A stretch of 36,614 nucleotides of DNA, from the NCBI GenBank assembly GCA_030626185.1, contig DAOUPL010000001.1, positions 1 to 36,614 on the forward strand. The letters are read 5' to 3'. The stretch is from a bacterium (GTDB taxonomy: Bacteria > Babelota > Babeliae > Babelales > Vermiphilaceae). This document shows, in pieces, positions 33,432 to 36,614 of the stretch (positions within the stretch are counted from its first letter, which is position 1; every line of letters begins with the position of its first letter). The translations under genes were made by a program, and so were the position numbers. The notes below the pieces were generated by a model. The model was given only the letters and a program-made list of their open reading frames with translations, was not told where the DNA came from and did no database searches.

Positions 33432-34484
33432 CTACGTATTATCTTCAAGGTCGACTTGCCCTGGAGTAAGATCAACTAACACGCCACAACACTTTTCAGC
33501 TAGGCTTTCTCGTTCTTTTTTAGAATATGCATTACCAGCAAAAAAGGGTATACATCGTGCTTGACTCGCCAATTTTTTTTGCCATGCAAAGAGGCACTCT
33601 GAAAACCACGATCTTAACACATGTTCTACATCAAGATCATACACAACATACAAATAATCATCATCACCTAGAAACTCAAATAACAATTTGTTCTCTGTTG
33701 GATGTTTTAATACATTAGACAATTTTGTTAATTCATAATCATTTTGATCTTCAATAATTTGTTCTAATAATTGAGAATCAAAAAGTTTTTGCAAGGTCAA
33801 ACTATCACCTTCTTGAATAACCTTTCCAATCTTCCAACCCGGCAACAAAATACCTACCTCACCGTCACGCTCTTCTCTTCGTTGGTGAGTTATTTCCAGC
33901 CACAAAATCAAATAATCATAACAATTTAACACCATGCGTATTTCATCATCTTCATGCAAAGTATCTAAAACACCTTTTTGTTCTATCGTTATTGCATTTT
34001 CAAAACCATCGAAGTTAACAGAATTCCAAAAAATAGTATTTTGCTTAGAGTAAATAGATTCACATTCATCAAAAAACCAATAGCGTGCATTTTGTGCAAA
34101 TAAACTATTTTCCAAAAATCGATCTAACGATTTAAAAAACACCTTAAACTTGGATCTTTTACGACATTTTTTAAACTTAGTTCTTTTGTAATTTAACAAT
34201 TCATAACCGTATGCATCACCAATTAAAAATAACGTTATTATATAATTATTACTAAAAAATTGTGTCCGCAATGCTAAAACTGATTGGTTTTTTAATTGTT
34301 CATGAAATAGCGAAGAATTAAGTGGAACCGTTATACTATCTTTTTTAGAATGAACTGAAACTAACCAACTTTTACAAAAATCATAATCTTCAACAATCAT
34401 TGCTGGCAAAGGAACAATTAATTCTTGCTGTGCAAAACTTTTTAAACAAAAAAATAATAAAAACAAATGAATAATACGTTTCAT
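33432..34484 (-). CDS. Secreted hypothetical protein
   Basis: 350-aa ORF with signal peptide MKRIIHLFLLFFCLKSFAQQ and an acidic C-terminus. I recognise no family. Confidence 0.6.
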   Translation of the reverse strand: MKRIIHLFLLFFCLKSFAQQELIVPLPAMIVEDYDFCKSWLVSVHSKKDSITVPLNSSLFHEQLKNQSVLALRTQFFSNNYIITLFLIGDAYGYELLNYKRTKFKKCRKRSKFKVFFKSLDRFLENSLFAQNARYWFFDECESIYSKQNTIFWNSVNFDGFENAITIEQKGVLDTLHEDDEIRMVLNCYDYLILWLEITHQRREERDGEVGILLPGWKIGKVIQEGDSLTLQKLFDSQLLEQIIEDQNDYELTKLSNVLKHPTENKLLFEFLGDDDYLYVVYDLDVEHVLRSWFSECLFAWQKKLASQARCIPFFAGNAYSKKERESLAEKCCGVLVDLTPGQVDLEDNT

Positions 34485-34523
34485 GATGATCCTTGTTGTA
34501 AAAACTAACGCACCTTTACAATA

Positions 34524-35186
34524 TCAATTATTTTTTAATGGTAAACATTCTTTACAAATTAGCTCAAATACTTTTTCTAAATCATCAGTGAGAAATAACA
34601 AATCAAGATCTTCTTGTAAGACTAACCCATGCCTAAAAGCTTCGTTCTCTGCCCACATCATAAATGGTCGCCAATATTCTACGCCAACAAGAATAATTGG
34701 TACCCGTGGTAACTTCTCAGTTTGTACCAGCGTAATAACTTCAGAAAGTTCATCCATTGTGCCAAAACCACCAGGAAAAACGACAAATGCATTAGAATAA
34801 CGCGTTAACAACCATTTACGCGCAAAAAAGAAATCCAACTCAATGTATTCTTGCACACAGGAGTTAGGATCCTCGGTAAGATCACGCACACCAATGCCAA
34901 TACTTTTTCCTCGTGCTTTTTTGCTATAAATAGCGCCACAATTGGCAGCTTCCATAATCCCTGGTCCACCACCAGTAAGCACAGAAATACCATCATCAAC
35001 AAATAATTGTGATAATTCATGGGCTTTTTTCGCATAAAAATCATTTTGCTTAAAGCGCGCACCACCAAAAATAGAAACAATCGGCTTGTTTAAACCAGAA
35101 ATACGCCAAATGCCATACAACATCTGTCGCCAAACACGAAATGATCGAAATAACGCATCGAAAAAAAACTTTATTCTTTTATTCAT
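34524..35186 (-). CDS. LOG-family (TIGR00730) nucleotide phosphoribohydrolase
   Basis: Motifs are VSIFGGAR, VLTGGGPGIMEAAN and FVVFPGGFGTMDELSEV (PGGxGTxxE). I use ATG 35186. An in-frame GTG lies at 35192. Confidence 0.85.
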   Translation of the reverse strand: MNKRIKFFFDALFRSFRVWRQMLYGIWRISGLNKPIVSIFGGARFKQNDFYAKKAHELSQLFVDDGISVLTGGGPGIMEAANCGAIYSKKARGKSIGIGVRDLTEDPNSCVQEYIELDFFFARKWLLTRYSNAFVVFPGGFGTMDELSEVITLVQTEKLPRVPIILVGVEYWRPFMMWAENEAFRHGLVLQEDLDLLFLTDDLEKVFELICKECLPLKNN

Positions 35187-35345
35187 TCCCACATCCCCGT
35201 TAATTACCCTTAATTACAGTCTAACGATGGTAATATTGACTTGTCTAGAATATTTTTCTTTTCATATTGAAATTATCAGTGCGTTTTTGTTACAATAAGA
35301 ATAGATGGAAATAAACATGAATACAATTCTTGGTAGGTTATAAAT

Positions 35346-36590
35346 ATGAAGATAACGATAAAATGCCTTATTCTCGCCCTTTTTATACAGGCAACCCCAA
35401 ATCTTTATGCTACACAACAACAAAAACCTATCTGGGTGACTATCTTTATTCATGGTATTATGAGCATTAAATCACACATAAATATTAATAACTTTATGCA
35501 CTTTATGTGTGATGAGGTAGAAGATACCATTTACGCAAAAACCGTTAATTGCATGCGAAACAACCCATTTTTCTATAAAAATCAACCAATGCAAGCCTAT
35601 GGGCTCCAACCAATAAATAAACAACTTATGCAAGGCGACACCTCAGCAGCAACGGCACATTTGTACAAAATGGTTGAAAGCATGATAGATCTTGATAAAG
35701 ATTATAAAGATCATCTCTTTTATACCTACGGCTGGTCAGGGTTACTCAGCGCAAAACAACGATTAAAAGAAGCATATCAACTTTTTGATGAACTTTACAC
35801 ATTACAAAAACAAATAGAGCTATCATGCGGACAAACGCCAAAATTTCGCATTGTCAGCTATAGCCATGGTGGCAATCTTGCACTCAATCTCGGTGTTATC
35901 GCACAAAAACATCCTGAACAAAATCTAACCATTGATGAGCTAATTTTAATTGGTACGCCAATACAACACGAAACTGATTATCTTGTTCATGAACCAACCT
36001 TTAAAAAAATTTACAATATTTATTCACAACTTGATCGCATTCAAAAATCAGACTTTTTCTCGTTCCATCGCTTTTTTTCAGGAAAAACATTTGAATCCAG
36101 AAAAGACTTTATTGTTCCAAAAAAAGTCACACAAATACGGATTCGCATCTCACAAGACAAATACCCGGAACGACCGTTATCACTAGAACAACATCTGCAA
36201 TATTCTGGCCAACGACGTCGTTTTCGTGATAAATCTCCCGGACATATCGAATTATGGTTTTATGGTTGGACACCGAGCAAATACAGAGAAGATTTTCCAC
36301 TATCACCACTACCAGTAGCAATCTTATTACCACACATCATCGCTGAGCTTAAAACATTGCGTGAAATGCCCGCTCGTTGCACCTTTGAATTGCGTCCAGA
36401 ACATGCGGTAAGCATTATTCGTGCACAAAAAGCTGTTCATCCACGAACGTTTTTATCTCCAGAGCAACTGGAACGCTTAAAGCGAATTGCACAAAAGATC
36501 ACCCCACCACACCAACAACAAGAAGATTATGATGCACAAATAGAACAAGCATTCGCTGAAATAGAACAATTACTAAACAAATCAAATTAA
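35346..36590 (+). CDS. Secreted alpha/beta-hydrolase, lipase/esterase-like
   Basis: The signal peptide is MKITIKCLILALFIQATPNLYA. WVTIFIHGIMS is an oxyanion HG-type motif. IVSYSHGGNLAL is a nucleophile-elbow variant of GxSxG. The C-terminal tail is Gln/Glu-rich. Confidence 0.6.
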   Translation: MKITIKCLILALFIQATPNLYATQQQKPIWVTIFIHGIMSIKSHININNFMHFMCDEVEDTIYAKTVNCMRNNPFFYKNQPMQAYGLQPINKQLMQGDTSAATAHLYKMVESMIDLDKDYKDHLFYTYGWSGLLSAKQRLKEAYQLFDELYTLQKQIELSCGQTPKFRIVSYSHGGNLALNLGVIAQKHPEQNLTIDELILIGTPIQHETDYLVHEPTFKKIYNIYSQLDRIQKSDFFSFHRFFSGKTFESRKDFIVPKKVTQIRIRISQDKYPERPLSLEQHLQYSGQRRRFRDKSPGHIELWFYGWTPSKYREDFPLSPLPVAILLPHIIAELKTLREMPARCTFELRPEHAVSIIRAQKAVHPRTFLSPEQLERLKRIAQKITPPHQQQEDYDAQIEQAFAEIEQLLNKSN

Positions 36591-36614
36591 ATACAATCCG
36601 TCATTGACTAGAGC

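Noticed and set aside
34483-35080. ORFs 34483..34800 (+) and 34805..35080 (-)
   Set aside because: They overlap the well-supported LOG-family CDS, either in another frame or on the other strand.
1-36614. Search by eye for CRISPR arrays, IS elements or transposases, integrases, tRNA, tmRNA and rRNA
   Set aside because: I saw no direct-repeat/spacer arrays, no DDE or tyrosine-recombinase-like ORFs and no cloverleaf-compatible intergenic segments. The intergenic regions are short, except 29648-29958 and 22375-22563. A covariance-model scan is still needed to be certain for small RNAs.

Overview
AT-rich, very gene-dense window on the standard bacterial code (TGA is used as a stop). I call about 41 CDS plus one RNase P RNA. 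I found no rRNA, tRNA, CRISPR array, transposase or integrase. The housekeeping backbone is gltX, an APC permease, rpsU-rbfA, prepilin peptidase, tsaC, a folC-like gene, F0 atpB-atpE, a cysteine-synthase-family enzyme, an MBL-fold hydrolase, an acyl-CoA synthetase, tmk-holB-dciA, murG, a class A PBP, rnpB, uppS and a LOG-family gene. Between these sit at least 14 proteins with Sec-type signal peptides: ankyrin-repeat, coiled-coil, tandem-repeat, Cys-rich and lipase-like proteins. This profile fits a host-associated, probably amoeba-associated, diderm. Dependentiae/TM6-like is my guess from gene content only and is untested. Five observations stand out. (1) The F-type ATP synthase c subunit is a single 321-aa ORF made of four fused c hairpins. 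Each has an R/N-Q/N-P loop in identical register, and the ion-binding Glu is kept in hairpins 1, 3 and 4 but is Gln in hairpin 2. (2) A 619-aa signal-peptide protein carries a C-terminal bacterial EndoU-like RNase domain. A 127-aa putative immunity gene follows it with an ATGA overlap. (3) This toxin islet lies between fadD-like and tmk and is bracketed by two about 122-bp direct repeats exactly 2850 bp apart. The right-hand repeat gives tmk a signal-peptide-like N-terminal extension. (4) A second duplicated RBS-plus-leader cassette is shared by an ankyrin protein and an unrelated small protein, and one copy retains a relic of the pilin gene 3' end. (5) The ankyrin protein ends in CCIIL, a CaaX-type prenylation box. 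All family assignments come from motif recognition by eye. No searches were run.
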